Part shown: positions 17,985 through 27,884 of the stretch, piece after piece | Layout of the letters: each line of letters opens with the position of its first letter | Position numbering within the stretch: the stretch's first letter is position 1 | Source of the DNA: Candidatus Omnitrophota bacterium | GTDB lineage: Bacteria > Ratteibacteria > UBA8468 > MWAK01 | NCBI GenBank assembly: GCA_043826355.1 | Contig: JBDRQI010000003.1 | Coordinates: forward strand, 1 to 64,000 | Direction: 5' to 3' | DNA: 64,000 nt | Made by a program: the position numbers and the translations under genes | The notes under the pieces: model-generated | Databases searched by the model: none | Seen by the model: only the letters and a program-made list of their open reading frames with translations | What the model was told of the DNA's origin: nothing

Positions 17985-19058
17985 ATGACAGTTAACCTGA
18001 TACATATCCTGGCGGTCGTCTTTATTTTTGGGGTATTAATCATCTCCCACGAACTCGGTCATTTCTGGGCCGCCCGGAAATGCGGGGTGAGGGTGGAATT
18101 GTTTACTTTTGGCTTCGGACCGAAATTATTCGGTTTCAAACGGGGAGACACCCTCTACCAGGTTGCCCTGATTCCGTTCGGCGGCGCGGTAAAATTGGCC
18201 GGGGAAGATGGTTACGGTAAAGAAGAACCGAAAGGCGATGAATATTTTGCCAAACCGGCCGGAAAGCGCGCCCTGATTCTTATTATGGGTTCGCTGCATA
18301 ACTTTATTCTGGGTTTCCTGGTCTTTGTGCTCGTCTTTATCCTGGGGATACAGACGGTCAATTACCGGCAGCCGCTGGTGGGCGAAATACAACCCGGTTT
18401 TCCGGCTCAAAGCATTGGAATTAAAAGTGGGGATTTAATCACCCGGGTCGCCGGCAAGAAGGTGACCGATTGGCTGACCCTGTCCAAAGAAATTCACCGG
18501 TACCCGGGTCAGGAAATTAACCTGGAGGTTCTTCGGGAAAAAGAGGTCCTGAATTTCAAAGTTACCCCGAAGAGCGAAACGATTAAAACCGCGCAAGGAG
18601 AAGAGACTGTCGGTTTAATCGGTATTATACCGGCCGCAACCAGGGAAAAGTTTGGTATTATCCCGGCGCTCGGCCGGGCCGGCAAAGAGACATTCCGGGT
18701 GGCCGGACTTATCTTCTACTACCTGGGAAAACTATTCACCCGCGAACTTTCCACCCGGGAACTGGCCGGTCCGGTAGGCATTGCCCAGATGACCGGGCAG
18801 TTTGTGCAAACCGGTTGGAGCGGTTTTCTTTACTTTCTGGCGCTTTTAAGCGTGAACCTTTCCATCGTAAACCTGTTCCCTTTCCCGATGCTTGACGGCG
18901 GGCACGTTGCCGGCGTGCTGATCGAGCGCATCCGGAAACGCAAGCCCAGCCGACGTTTCCTGGAAATCTCCCAAACGATCGGATTTGGCCTGATAATCCT
19001 CCTGGCGCTCTTCGTTACCTATAACGACATTTTAAGAATTTTTAGCAAGCGACCCTGA
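17985..19058 (+). CDS. rseP: RIP metalloprotease RseP
   Basis: HELGH, PDZ domain, NLFPFPMLDGGH. Confidence 0.96.
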   Translation: MTVNLIHILAVVFIFGVLIISHELGHFWAARKCGVRVELFTFGFGPKLFGFKRGDTLYQVALIPFGGAVKLAGEDGYGKEEPKGDEYFAKPAGKRALILIMGSLHNFILGFLVFVLVFILGIQTVNYRQPLVGEIQPGFPAQSIGIKSGDLITRVAGKKVTDWLTLSKEIHRYPGQEINLEVLREKEVLNFKVTPKSETIKTAQGEETVGLIGIIPAATREKFGIIPALGRAGKETFRVAGLIFYYLGKLFTRELSTRELAGPVGIAQMTGQFVQTGWSGFLYFLALLSVNLSIVNLFPFPMLDGGHVAGVLIERIRKRKPSRRFLEISQTIGFGLIILLALFVTYNDILRIFSKRP

Positions 19059-19075
19059 AAAAGGGGTCAGACTAC
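19049..19075 (-). repeat. REP-like repeat (GTAG family, reverse) supplying the rseP stop
   Basis: reverse complement GTAGTCTGACCCCTTTTTCAGGGTCGC. Confidence 0.75.
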
Positions 19076-19088
19076 GCAATCTTATCTG

Positions 19089-20201
19089 ATGACTCGCCGA
19101 AAGAAAACCTCTCGTCCGGTTCAGGTTGGTACCCTGGTCATTGGCGGCGGCGCCCCTGTTTCCGTCCAGGGGATGACCAAGACGAAGACCGCAGACCTTA
19201 AAAAAACGCTGAATCAAATCATTTCCCTGAAAGATGCCGGCGCGGAGATTATCCGCCTGGCGATACGCGACCGGGAAGATTTAATTGCGCTTGAATCCCT
19301 TCGGAAAAAGACCGCGCTGCCCCTGGTGGCCGATATTCATTTCCAAAGCGAACTGGCTTTAGCCGCCATCAAAGCCGGTGCGGACAAAATCCGGCTTAAC
19401 CCCGGAAACATCAAAAACCCGGAAGAACTGAAGAAGATTACCAGAGAAGCAAAAAAGAGAGAAGTTGCCATCAGGGTCGGGGTTAATTCCGGTTCTTTGA
19501 ATTTTCCCCCTCATCATGCCTCTCCCCACAGGGGAGAGGGAAACAAATCAGTTCTTGCCTGCGCCATGGTTTCCGCAGCCAAAAACTACCTGAAAATTTT
19601 TGAAGCCGAAGATTTCCAAAATTTAATCTTTTCCCTTAAGTCGTCTTCGGTCCGAACTACCATCCTGGCAAACCGCATATTCAGCCGGCAATTCGATTAT
19701 CCCCTGCACCTGGGAATTACCGAATCGGGCCGGGGTAATATAGCCCTGGTCAAAAGCGCAATCGGCATCGGCGCTCTCCTGGAAGAAGGAATCGGCGACA
19801 CGATCCGGGTATCCCTGTCCGAATCTCCGGAAGAAGAAATTAGGGCCGGACGTCAGATTCTTCAGGCGCTGGGATTGAGATATTTTTACCCGGAAATTAT
19901 CTCCTGTCCAACCTGCGGTCGTTGCCGGGTTAATCTTTTTGGAATCTTGCGAAAAGTGGAGGCCGGACTCAAAGGGCTGCCCGGTTATCCCCGGGATTAT
20001 GCGGGACTCAAGGTTGCGGTAATGGGCTGTGAGGTTAATGGCCCGGGTGAAGCCGCAGCCGCCGATATCGGCATTGCCGCCGGCCGCAAAACCGGTCTTC
20101 TTTTTGCAAAAGGAAGGAAGGTTGCCAGAACCAGCGAAAGAGAACTACCGTCCATCCTTTTGAGGGAAATTCTCAAATTGCGAAGAATACGCGGCAAATG
20201 A
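19089..20201 (+). CDS. ispG: HMBPP synthase (flavodoxin-dependent)
   Basis: LVADIHF, RLNPGN, PLHLGITE, SCPTCGR, VMGCEVNGPGE. Confidence 0.97.
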   Translation: MTRRKKTSRPVQVGTLVIGGGAPVSVQGMTKTKTADLKKTLNQIISLKDAGAEIIRLAIRDREDLIALESLRKKTALPLVADIHFQSELALAAIKAGADKIRLNPGNIKNPEELKKITREAKKREVAIRVGVNSGSLNFPPHHASPHRGEGNKSVLACAMVSAAKNYLKIFEAEDFQNLIFSLKSSSVRTTILANRIFSRQFDYPLHLGITESGRGNIALVKSAIGIGALLEEGIGDTIRVSLSESPEEEIRAGRQILQALGLRYFYPEIISCPTCGRCRVNLFGILRKVEAGLKGLPGYPRDYAGLKVAVMGCEVNGPGEAAAADIGIAAGRKTGLLFAKGRKVARTSERELPSILLREILKLRRIRGK

Positions 20202-20231
20202 TAAGATAATTTGCGGGAGGGTGCAAACATC

Positions 20232-20672
20232 ATGGAACAGGACTTACTTGCGTATGCCTGTAAACTTCTTGGCCAGCGGGCCTACACCCGCTTGAAAATG
20301 GCTCAGAAACTGGCTGGTAGAGGGGAACCGGAAAACGTGGAAACCGTTCTGGATAAACTGACGGAATCTGGTTATCTTGATGACCGGGATTTTGCCCGGG
20401 AGTACATCCGACAGCGATTAACTACCCGTCCTTCCGGCCGGCGGCTCCTGGAAATGAAACTAAGAACCAAAGGAATCTCAAAGACGGCAATCGGGGAAGT
20501 CCTTGATGAACTTGAACCGGAGGCGGAAGAAGCCGCAGCGCAAAGCCTGGCGACAAAAAAGGCGGCTGCCCTTAAAAACCTGGAACCGATAGTTCGAAAA
20601 AGACGTATTTTCCAGTTTTTGATAAACCGGGGTTTTTCGCCGGGAATTGCAGCAAAGTACTCAAATTTATAG
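20232..20672 (+). CDS. recX: regulatory protein RecX
   Basis: GYLDDRDFA, LRTKGI, FLINRGFS; upstream of alaS. Confidence 0.88.
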   Translation: MEQDLLAYACKLLGQRAYTRLKMAQKLAGRGEPENVETVLDKLTESGYLDDRDFAREYIRQRLTTRPSGRRLLEMKLRTKGISKTAIGEVLDELEPEAEEAAAQSLATKKAAALKNLEPIVRKRRIFQFLINRGFSPGIAAKYSNL

Positions 20673-20700
20673 TTTGATTTTATTAAAGTGAGGATATCCG

Positions 20701-23319
20701 GTGCAAAGTTTTGAAATAAGGCAAAAATATCTTGATTTTTTTAAGGAAAAAGGGCATACCGTTGTGCCGGGAATTTCCCTGATACCTCCGGAGGACCCGA
20801 CATTACTGTTCACTTCGGCCGGAATGGTTCCCTTCAAGAATTTCTGGACCGGTTCCGGTGAAATCCCGTATGTCCGGGCTGCGTCCTGCCAGAAATGCCT
20901 TCGGGCCGGCGGCAAAGACAGCGATTTGGATAATGTGGGTTTTGATTTTCGGCATAACACCTTTCTGGAAATGTTGGGTAATTTTTCTTTTGGAGACTAT
21001 TTTAAAGAAGGCGCGATTGAATTTGCCTGGGAATTTCTGCTGCAACGCCTGAAACTGCCGGAAACAAATCTTTGGGTATCGGTTTACACCGAAGACCGGG
21101 AAGCGGTTGAAATCTGGAAAAAATACCTGCCGGATAAACGGATTGTCCGGCTGGGCGCAAAAGATAATTTCTGGGGACCGGCCGGCGAAACCGGCGTTTG
21201 CGGTCCCTGTTCTGAAATATATTTTGACCGCGGTCCGGCTTTTTCCTGCGGGAAAATTTCCTGCAAACCGGGCTGTGATTGTGAAAAATACCTGGAGTTC
21301 TGGAACCTTGTTTTTCCCCAATTCAATAAAACCAAAAACGGCGAACTTCTGCCTTTAAAGCGCCGCGGGATAGATACCGGAATGGGTCTGGAGCGAATTA
21401 CCACACTGTGTCAAGGGGCTGAATCAAACTTTGACACCGACCTGTTCCTGCCGATAATCAAAAAACTGGAAACGCTTTCCGGGATTATTTACCGGAAAAA
21501 CAACGATACCCGGTCCGCTTTTCGCGCGGTAGTTGACCATGTTCGCGCTTTAACCTTTACCATTGCGGAAAATATAGTTCCCGGTAACGAAGGAAGGGGA
21601 TATGTCGTTCGCCGGATTTTGAGGCGGGCGGTGCAATTTTTGCAGGTGCTGCAGGTGGACAAACCGCTTCTTGCCGAACTCGTTCCCGAAGTTGTCCGGA
21701 TAATGGGCGCATATTATCCGTATCTCCCGGAACGGGAGGGATTCGTCCGGGAAACGATTGCCGGCGAAGAAGACCGTTTTCTGAATCTTCTTTCAGAAAG
21801 CCGAACCCTTTTCAAGAGGTTCAAAACAGAATTTAAGGATAAAACCCTGCCCGGCAAAATCGCTTTCCAACTTTACGACACCCACGGTCTTCCGCTGGAC
21901 ACAATCAAGGAAATCGCGGTTGAAAATGGCCTTTTTTTTGATGAAACCGGGTTTGAACTGGAAATGACCAGACAAAAAGCGGCCGGCCGCAAAGCTACCT
22001 CTTTTGATCTGATTGCCGACCGCAGTTGCCTGGCCGGGCTTTCACCCACCAAGTTTGTCGGTTACCAAACCGGTACTGCCCGGTCTTCCGTACTGGCAAT
22101 TATCCCGGCTAAAAATAACCGGTATTCTCTGGTTTTATCGGAAACACCTTTTTACCCGGAACGGGGCGGACAGCAGGGAGATGCCGGAATAATCAGCGGG
22201 GACGGTTTTCGGTTTAATGTCTCGGAAACCAGGGTGGACGAATCCGGCTTTATCCACCATCTGGGTTTATTCCAAAAAGGAACTGCGGTCAAGAATGACG
22301 CTGTAACCGCACAGGTGGATTCAGAAATACGCCAACAGATTGCGGCAAACCATACCGCCACCCATCTTCTCCATTCGTCCCTGCGCCAAATTTTGGGTAA
22401 CGAAGTAAAACAGGCCGGTTCCCTGGTGACGCCTGAATCGCTGCGTTTTGACTTTCTTTTTTCCGGAGAAATAGAACAAGAGAAACTTGGCAGCGTTGAA
22501 GAATTAGTTAATGAAAAAGTGCGGTCAAACCTGCCGGTGACGATAACGGAAAAAGAATTAAAGGAAGCCATGGCCGAAGGCGCCATCGCTTTATTTACCG
22601 AAAAATACGGCGAAAAAGTCCGGGTAATCACCGCCGGTAATTTCAGCAAAGAAGTTTGCGGCGGAACCCACCTTGATTACACCGGCGGCATCGGCCTCTG
22701 CCTGTTTGCCAGTTTCGCTTCGATCGGACAGGGGGTGAAACGGATTGAAGCGGTTACCGGAAAAGCTGCCTATTCCCGGATAAAGGAACGGGAACGGCAC
22801 CTTTTGGAACTGGCTGCCTGCCTGAAGGTGGAACCGGCCTTGATTCGCCTGGAAATAGAACGGCGCACGGAAGAACACCGGAAGCTGAAAATAAAATCCG
22901 ACGCCTTTTTTTCCGCCTATCTCCACCGGGAGGCTGACAAAATAATCAAGGGCAAAAAATCTGTTGCCGGAATTAATCTTCTGACGACAACCCAGTTGTT
23001 GCTTTCACCGGAAGAGGCAAGGACTTTGATTGATTATCTTAAAAAAAAGTCTCCGGAAAGCGTCATACTGGTACTGCTTTCCGGAACGGATAAATCCCAA
23101 ATTTTTCTGGGCTTAACTCCCGATATTATCCCCCGGGGTTTAAAAGCCAACGAAATCTTACGACAAGCCGCCGGGTTGCTGGGCGGTGGAGCAGGGGGCC
23201 GGGCCGATTTTGCCCAGGCCGGTTTGAAAGGGAGAGTAAACCTGGAAGAAGCCGAAAAGACCCTGATAAAAATTTTGACAAATACTGATGGAAAACCCGG
23301 GCGGAACCACCACGGATAG
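20701..23319 (+). CDS. alaS: alanine--tRNA ligase
   Basis: DPTLLFTSAGM, FLEMLGNFSFGDY, DTGMGLER, HTATHLLH, CGGTH. Confidence 0.98.
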   Translation: MQSFEIRQKYLDFFKEKGHTVVPGISLIPPEDPTLLFTSAGMVPFKNFWTGSGEIPYVRAASCQKCLRAGGKDSDLDNVGFDFRHNTFLEMLGNFSFGDYFKEGAIEFAWEFLLQRLKLPETNLWVSVYTEDREAVEIWKKYLPDKRIVRLGAKDNFWGPAGETGVCGPCSEIYFDRGPAFSCGKISCKPGCDCEKYLEFWNLVFPQFNKTKNGELLPLKRRGIDTGMGLERITTLCQGAESNFDTDLFLPIIKKLETLSGIIYRKNNDTRSAFRAVVDHVRALTFTIAENIVPGNEGRGYVVRRILRRAVQFLQVLQVDKPLLAELVPEVVRIMGAYYPYLPEREGFVRETIAGEEDRFLNLLSESRTLFKRFKTEFKDKTLPGKIAFQLYDTHGLPLDTIKEIAVENGLFFDETGFELEMTRQKAAGRKATSFDLIADRSCLAGLSPTKFVGYQTGTARSSVLAIIPAKNNRYSLVLSETPFYPERGGQQGDAGIISGDGFRFNVSETRVDESGFIHHLGLFQKGTAVKNDAVTAQVDSEIRQQIAANHTATHLLHSSLRQILGNEVKQAGSLVTPESLRFDFLFSGEIEQEKLGSVEELVNEKVRSNLPVTITEKELKEAMAEGAIALFTEKYGEKVRVITAGNFSKEVCGGTHLDYTGGIGLCLFASFASIGQGVKRIEAVTGKAAYSRIKERERHLLELAACLKVEPALIRLEIERRTEEHRKLKIKSDAFFSAYLHREADKIIKGKKSVAGINLLTTTQLLLSPEEARTLIDYLKKKSPESVILVLLSGTDKSQIFLGLTPDIIPRGLKANEILRQAAGLLGGGAGGRADFAQAGLKGRVNLEEAEKTLIKILTNTDGKPGRNHHG

Positions 23320-23497
23320 AAACCGTGGTGCCGCGCTCCATCTTCGGCGGAACCCGCCGAAGCACGTCCTCCTTCGCGGTGCGGACACTAGGTACCGAGG
23401 CGGCAAAGCCGCCTCACTTGCGTCCACGCTACGGCGGACACCCTAAGACGCATTCCTCCCCGGGCAGAGCCCGGGTCTTTCTGCGAAGGCGGGTGAA
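23301..23497 (-). mobile_element. non-autonomous IS200/IS605-derived miniature element (PATE-like)
   Basis: terminal subterminal hairpins (CACCACGG/CCGTGGTG; CCCGGGC/GCCCGGG); minus strand TTCAC..GAAAG-hairpin-GAGGAATGCG; several internal hairpins; no ORF. Confidence 0.6.
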
Positions 23498-24306
23498 TGG
23501 ATGAAATAAAACTATTTACGCGGTTAAAGAAGGGCGACGAAAAGGCGCGGGAAGAGATTTTTAAGGCCCACCAAGCGCTGGTTGCTAAAATAGCCTGGAG
23601 TTATTCCAAAAAATCAACTCTTTCGGTTGAGGAAATGATCGCCGAAGGATACGTCGGACTTCTGCAGGCGATTAATAAATTTGACCTGAAGAAGGCGAAA
23701 TCGAAAGAAGTAAAGTTCGGTTCCTATGCTTTCTGGTGGATAAAGCGTAATATTATCAGAGCATTGGTTAAAAAACAGTCAATTCTCTCTATTCCGGAAA
23801 ATGTTTCGGAGATGGTGCATCGGTATAACCATTTTGCCGTAATTCTTACCCAGACCCTTGGCCGGGAACCAACCGGGATGGAAGTAAGAAAGCTCCTGAC
23901 TCTTTCGGAACGGCAGCTGGCGAGCGTCAGCCGAAGCCGCGCCCTGAAAGTAGTCTCGCTGGACGAACAGATCTTTACCGATAATGAAAACGGTACTCTA
24001 TCCGATATTATTCCAGCCGAAAATAAGGCGGATATCGAAAAAACCCTGGAGCATGGTGTCTTGATTGAAAAATATTTTTCGGTGCTCACTCCACTGGAAA
24101 AATCCGTGTTGAACCTCCGTTTCGGGCTTCAGGGTCAACCGCAACTGACTTATCGGGAAATAGCGGAAAATTTTCAGGAGAAATTTAAGAAACCGTTTAG
24201 CCGTCAGCGCATTCACCAGATATTCCGCACCGCCCTTAAAAAGATAAAGGCGGGTAGGGATAAGGAGACAGACCGCAAATGGAAAAGGAAAAATGGCCAG
24301 GGCTGA
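23497..24306 (+). CDS. sigma-70 family RNA polymerase sigma factor (short, lacks region 1.1)
   Basis: EGYVGLLQAINKFD, FGSYAFWWIK, SLD, LRFGL, SRQRIHQI. Confidence 0.92.
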   Translation: MDEIKLFTRLKKGDEKAREEIFKAHQALVAKIAWSYSKKSTLSVEEMIAEGYVGLLQAINKFDLKKAKSKEVKFGSYAFWWIKRNIIRALVKKQSILSIPENVSEMVHRYNHFAVILTQTLGREPTGMEVRKLLTLSERQLASVSRSRALKVVSLDEQIFTDNENGTLSDIIPAENKADIEKTLEHGVLIEKYFSVLTPLEKSVLNLRFGLQGQPQLTYREIAENFQEKFKKPFSRQRIHQIFRTALKKIKAGRDKETDRKWKRKNGQG

Positions 24307-24797
24307 TTAGGAGTATTCCGGATTTTCCCCGAAAAGGAATTATTTTCCGTGATATAACCCCTCTCTTAGGTGACGGAGATGCGTTCCGTTCCGTGGTAAG
24401 CCGGCTGGCAAGGGCCTGTCCGGTTGGAACCGAAATGGTAGCCGGCATTGAGGCGCGTGGTTTTATCTTTGCCGCCGCGGTAGCCAACCAATTAGGGGTT
24501 GGTTTCGTGCCGATCCGAAAAATCGGAAAACTTCCCTACCGAACGGAAACGATTACCTATGACCTGGAGTACGGAACGGATACCATTGAGGTTCACCTGG
24601 ATTCCCTGTCCAGAAAAAAAAATGTTGTCCTGATTGATGACCTTTTAGCTACCGGCGGAACTGCTGCCGCGGCCTGCCGGCTTCTGGAAAAAGTAGGCGG
24701 CCGTGTTCTTAAGGCCGTTTTTCTGATCGAATTAGTTGATCTTAAAGGGAGAACGAAGATACCTGACCGTGCTGTTTCCACCCTGCTGCAATTTTGA
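24279..24797 (+). CDS. apt: adenine phosphoribosyltransferase
   Basis: PDFPRKGIIFRDI, YDLEYG, LIDDLLATGGT. Confidence 0.97.
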   Translation: MEKEKWPGLIRSIPDFPRKGIIFRDITPLLGDGDAFRSVVSRLARACPVGTEMVAGIEARGFIFAAAVANQLGVGFVPIRKIGKLPYRTETITYDLEYGTDTIEVHLDSLSRKKNVVLIDDLLATGGTAAAACRLLEKVGGRVLKAVFLIELVDLKGRTKIPDRAVSTLLQF

Positions 24798-24822
24798 TTA
24801 AATCCAGGGGATGGGTTATAAT
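24794..24822 (+). promoter_or_regulatory. promoter of rpsF operon
   Basis: TTGATT-17nt-TATAAT. Confidence 0.65.
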
Positions 24823-24877
24823 ATTTATTTAAATTAAACACAGCGGACAAACGGAGATCCGATAAAAAGGGGGTGTA

Positions 24878-25189
24878 ATGGAACGAGATTATGAGGGATT
24901 TATGATTTTAGACCCCACCCTTTCCGAGGAAACGGTTGAAAAAGAGGCGACCAGGATAGCCGCTTCTTTTCCGGAAGGAAAGGCAACCTGTCAAAATCTG
25001 GGTAGGAAAAAATTTGCCTATCCGATCAAGAAACAGATTCAAGGTTATTATCTGCTCTGTAATTTCACGGCTGATGCTCAAAAAAGAACTGAATTGGAGC
25101 AGACACTGCGCGGTAATCCGGCACTTTTAAGATACCTGATTATCCGGGCGCTGAGACCGAAGAAAAAGGATTTAAAGACACAGAATTAA
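24878..25189 (+). CDS. rpsF: 30S ribosomal protein S6
   Basis: YEGFMILDP, LGRKKFAYPIKK, LLRYLI; rpsF-ssb-rpsR synteny. Confidence 0.95.
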   Translation: MERDYEGFMILDPTLSEETVEKEATRIAASFPEGKATCQNLGRKKFAYPIKKQIQGYYLLCNFTADAQKRTELEQTLRGNPALLRYLIIRALRPKKKDLKTQN

Positions 25190-25200
25190 GGAGGCAGGGA

Positions 25201-25653
25201 ATGTCGGTAAACATAAACCGCGTAATGCTGGCCGGTAATTTAACCCGTGACCCGGAGATGCGTTTTACGCCTTCCGGTACCGCAGTTACCAACATAGGAT
25301 TAGCCGTCAATAGAGAATATACAACCAAGGAAGGTGAGAAAAAAAAGGAAGTGGCGTTTGTCAGAATCGTTACCTGGGGCAGGCAAGCTCAAAGTTGCCA
25401 GGAACATCTCAAAAAAGGGAGCGCTATCCTGGTAGAGGGCAGACTGCAAAGCCGTTCCTGGGAAACAGCCGAAAAGGAAAAACGCAATACCCTGGAAGTA
25501 ACCGCCGAAAGAGTTCATTTTTTAACTCGGTCAGACCGGTCAGGCTTTGCCGACCAGTCAAGCTTCGCCCAGACGAGCCGGCGAACTGAAGAGCAAACGA
25601 TTGGAGAAGAAAACTTTGAATATGACGAACCAGAGGAACAAAAAGAGGGGTAA
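25201..25653 (+). CDS. ssb: single-stranded DNA-binding protein
   Basis: [24 protein letters not shown]. Confidence 0.97.
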   Translation: MSVNINRVMLAGNLTRDPEMRFTPSGTAVTNIGLAVNREYTTKEGEKKKEVAFVRIVTWGRQAQSCQEHLKKGSAILVEGRLQSRSWETAEKEKRNTLEVTAERVHFLTRSDRSGFADQSSFAQTSRRTEEQTIGEENFEYDEPEEQKEG

Positions 25654-25885
25654 GAAAACAAAAAAGGCCAAGCGGTTTTTGATCGCCAAGAAATGCCGTT
25701 TTTGCGAAGCCGGTATTCTGGATATTGATTATAAAGACGCCGGAGCCCTGAGACGGCATCTTTCCAGCCGGGGCAAGATACTTGCGGCGCGATACACCGG
25801 AACCTGCGCCCGGCATCAGCGCAAACTGGGCGACGCTATTAAACGCAGCCGTTACATGGCTCTCTTACCTTATATTGTTCGGTAA
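25622..25885 (+). CDS. rpsR: 30S ribosomal protein S18
   Basis: [26 protein letters not shown] 25622. Confidence 0.95.
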   Translation: MTNQRNKKRGKKTKKAKRFLIAKKCRFCEAGILDIDYKDAGALRRHLSSRGKILAARYTGTCARHQRKLGDAIKRSRYMALLPYIVR

Positions 25886-25942
25886 AAATTAACAGGAGCA
25901 AGGGACGCCGGAATAAAACTGCGCTGGGGTTAATTTATTTTC

Positions 25943-26030
25943 CCGGTGTGAGAAAATTTGAGTTCAGGTGTCTGCCTCGTAAAATAACGATGCGCACCAG
26001 ACAAAACTCCGCAAACTTTTCCTCATCAGG
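25943..26030. repeat. imperfect hairpin element between rpsR and rplI
   Basis: GTGAGAAAATTTG..GTCTG..CAGACAAAACTCCGCAAACTTTTCCTCAT; CAGACAAAACTnCGCAA matches the reverse complement of the 11203/53950 element end. Confidence 0.55.
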
Positions 26031-26061
26031 CACCTTCGCTTAAACATTGAAAGGAGATATA

Positions 26062-26514
26062 ATGAAAGTAATCTTGAGAACCGGGGTTGCAAATTTAGGT
26101 GAAGCCGGAGAATTAAAAGAAGTAACGGGTGGATTCGCCCGCAATTTTCTTTTACCCCGGAAACTGGCTTATCCGGCTTCAAAAGCCGCGGAGAAACAAG
26201 TGGCAGAAGAACACCTGGCCAACGAACGCCGAACCATAAGGGAACACCGCACGCAACTGGAGCTGGCAAGTAAACTCAAAGATGTTTCCCTTACGCTTCA
26301 GGTTACGGCTGGAAGCGAAGAACAATTGTACGGTTCGGTCAGTGAGCGTGATATCGTAACCGCTCTGGCCGCGGAATATCAAATTAAACTGGAAGCAAAA
26401 GCGATTAAACTTGAGGAACCGATTAAACAGTTGGGCGTTTATAAGGTGCCGGTCCGGCTCAGTCCTGAAGTGGAAAGTACCATAACCGTGTGGGTTGTAA
26501 AGAACAGTGGATAG
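26062..26514 (+). CDS. rplI: 50S ribosomal protein L9
   Basis: MKVIL, GFARNFLLP, LYGSV, PIKQLG; AAGGAG SD. Confidence 0.96.
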   Translation: MKVILRTGVANLGEAGELKEVTGGFARNFLLPRKLAYPASKAAEKQVAEEHLANERRTIREHRTQLELASKLKDVSLTLQVTAGSEEQLYGSVSERDIVTALAAEYQIKLEAKAIKLEEPIKQLGVYKVPVRLSPEVESTITVWVVKNSG

Positions 26515-27865
26515 CACTAATTCCAAAGAAACCCTTAATTTACTGGAAGAACGCGTTCCACCCCACAACCTGGAAGCGGAGATGGCGCTTTTAGGCGCTA
26601 TGCTCCTTTCGGAAGAAGCGCGCCTTCTGGCTATTGAACAGGTACGAACCGGTTACTTCTACAAAAAAGCGAACAGTCGCATTTTTGAGGCAATCTGTAA
26701 ACTTTTTGAAGCAAATCAGCCCTGTGACCTGGTAACCCTCACCGACCTTCTGAACCGGGAAAATATCCTGAAAGAATTGGGCGGCCCGGCCTATCTTGCC
26801 GGATTGATTGACCTGGTTCCTACCCCATCCAATATCGGCCAGTATATCAGGATAACCGAGGAACACTTCATTCGTCGTTCCCTGATTGACGGTTGTTCTA
26901 AAATCATCTCCAAAAGTTACCAGATGGCCGATGACGTGGACGACCTCCTTGATGACTCCGAAAAGACAATTTTCCAGATTTCGGAAAGACAGAAACAGGA
27001 TATCCTTCCCATTCGCCAACTGGTAACCCAGAGTTTTGAAACCCTGTCCAAGCTTTACCAGAATCGCGAACACCTCACCGGCCTGGGCACCGGCCTGGAA
27101 GAGTTGGATAAGATTACGGGCGGGTTTCAAAATTCCGACCTGATCGTGCTTGCCTCCCGGCCGTCAATGGGGAAAACCTCCCTGGCCTGTTCAATAGCCC
27201 GTTTTCTGGTAGTGGAAAAGAAGGTTCCGGCGCTTTTCTTCAGTCTGGAGATGAGTTGCGACCAACTGGTGCAGCGAATGATCTGTTCCGAGGCCCGGGT
27301 AAATATTCGTGATTTCCGAAGCGGATTTACGAAAGAACCGGATTGGCCAAAGCTCACTTCGGCCGCTGGCAGATTAAGCGATTCGCTGCTTTACATTGAT
27401 GATACACCCGGACTTTCCGCCCTGGAAATCAGGGCAAGGGCGCGGCGGATGGTTGCCAGAGAGAAAATCAAAATTGTTTTTGTTGATTACCTTCAATTAA
27501 TAAGAGGACGGGGCAGAGTAGAAAATCGTCAGCAGGAGATTACCGAAATTTCGTCCGGTTTGAAAAATATGGCCAAAGAATTGAAAATTCCCGTAGTGGC
27601 GCTTTCCCAGTTGTCGCGGGCGGTGGAGATGAGGGAAGAACACCAGCCCCGGCTTTCGGACCTGCGGGAAAGCGGTTCTATTGAACAGGACGCGGACGTG
27701 GTCCTTCTCCTGGTTCGCGAAGAGCAGTATACACCAACCGAGGAAAACAAGGGAAAAGCAAAACTGATTGTAGCTAAACAGCGCAACGGGCCTACCGGTG
27801 AGATGGACCTTACTTTCCTTAAAGAATATACCCGTTTCGAAAACCCTTCTTACAGAATACCTTAA
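26507..27865 (+). CDS. dnaB: replicative DNA helicase
   Basis: PPHNLEAE, SRPSMGKT, VDYLQL, LSQLSR, DLRESGSIEQDAD; no intein. Confidence 0.98.
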   Translation: MDSTNSKETLNLLEERVPPHNLEAEMALLGAMLLSEEARLLAIEQVRTGYFYKKANSRIFEAICKLFEANQPCDLVTLTDLLNRENILKELGGPAYLAGLIDLVPTPSNIGQYIRITEEHFIRRSLIDGCSKIISKSYQMADDVDDLLDDSEKTIFQISERQKQDILPIRQLVTQSFETLSKLYQNREHLTGLGTGLEELDKITGGFQNSDLIVLASRPSMGKTSLACSIARFLVVEKKVPALFFSLEMSCDQLVQRMICSEARVNIRDFRSGFTKEPDWPKLTSAAGRLSDSLLYIDDTPGLSALEIRARARRMVAREKIKIVFVDYLQLIRGRGRVENRQQEITEISSGLKNMAKELKIPVVALSQLSRAVEMREEHQPRLSDLRESGSIEQDADVVLLLVREEQYTPTEENKGKAKLIVAKQRNGPTGEMDLTFLKEYTRFENPSYRIP

Positions 27866-27884
27866 AGGGTTGACGCAGAATAAA

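Noticed and set aside
24840..24877. S6:S18-binding leader RNA
   Set aside because: A hairpin is possible, but the expected unpaired CCR motif is not evident.
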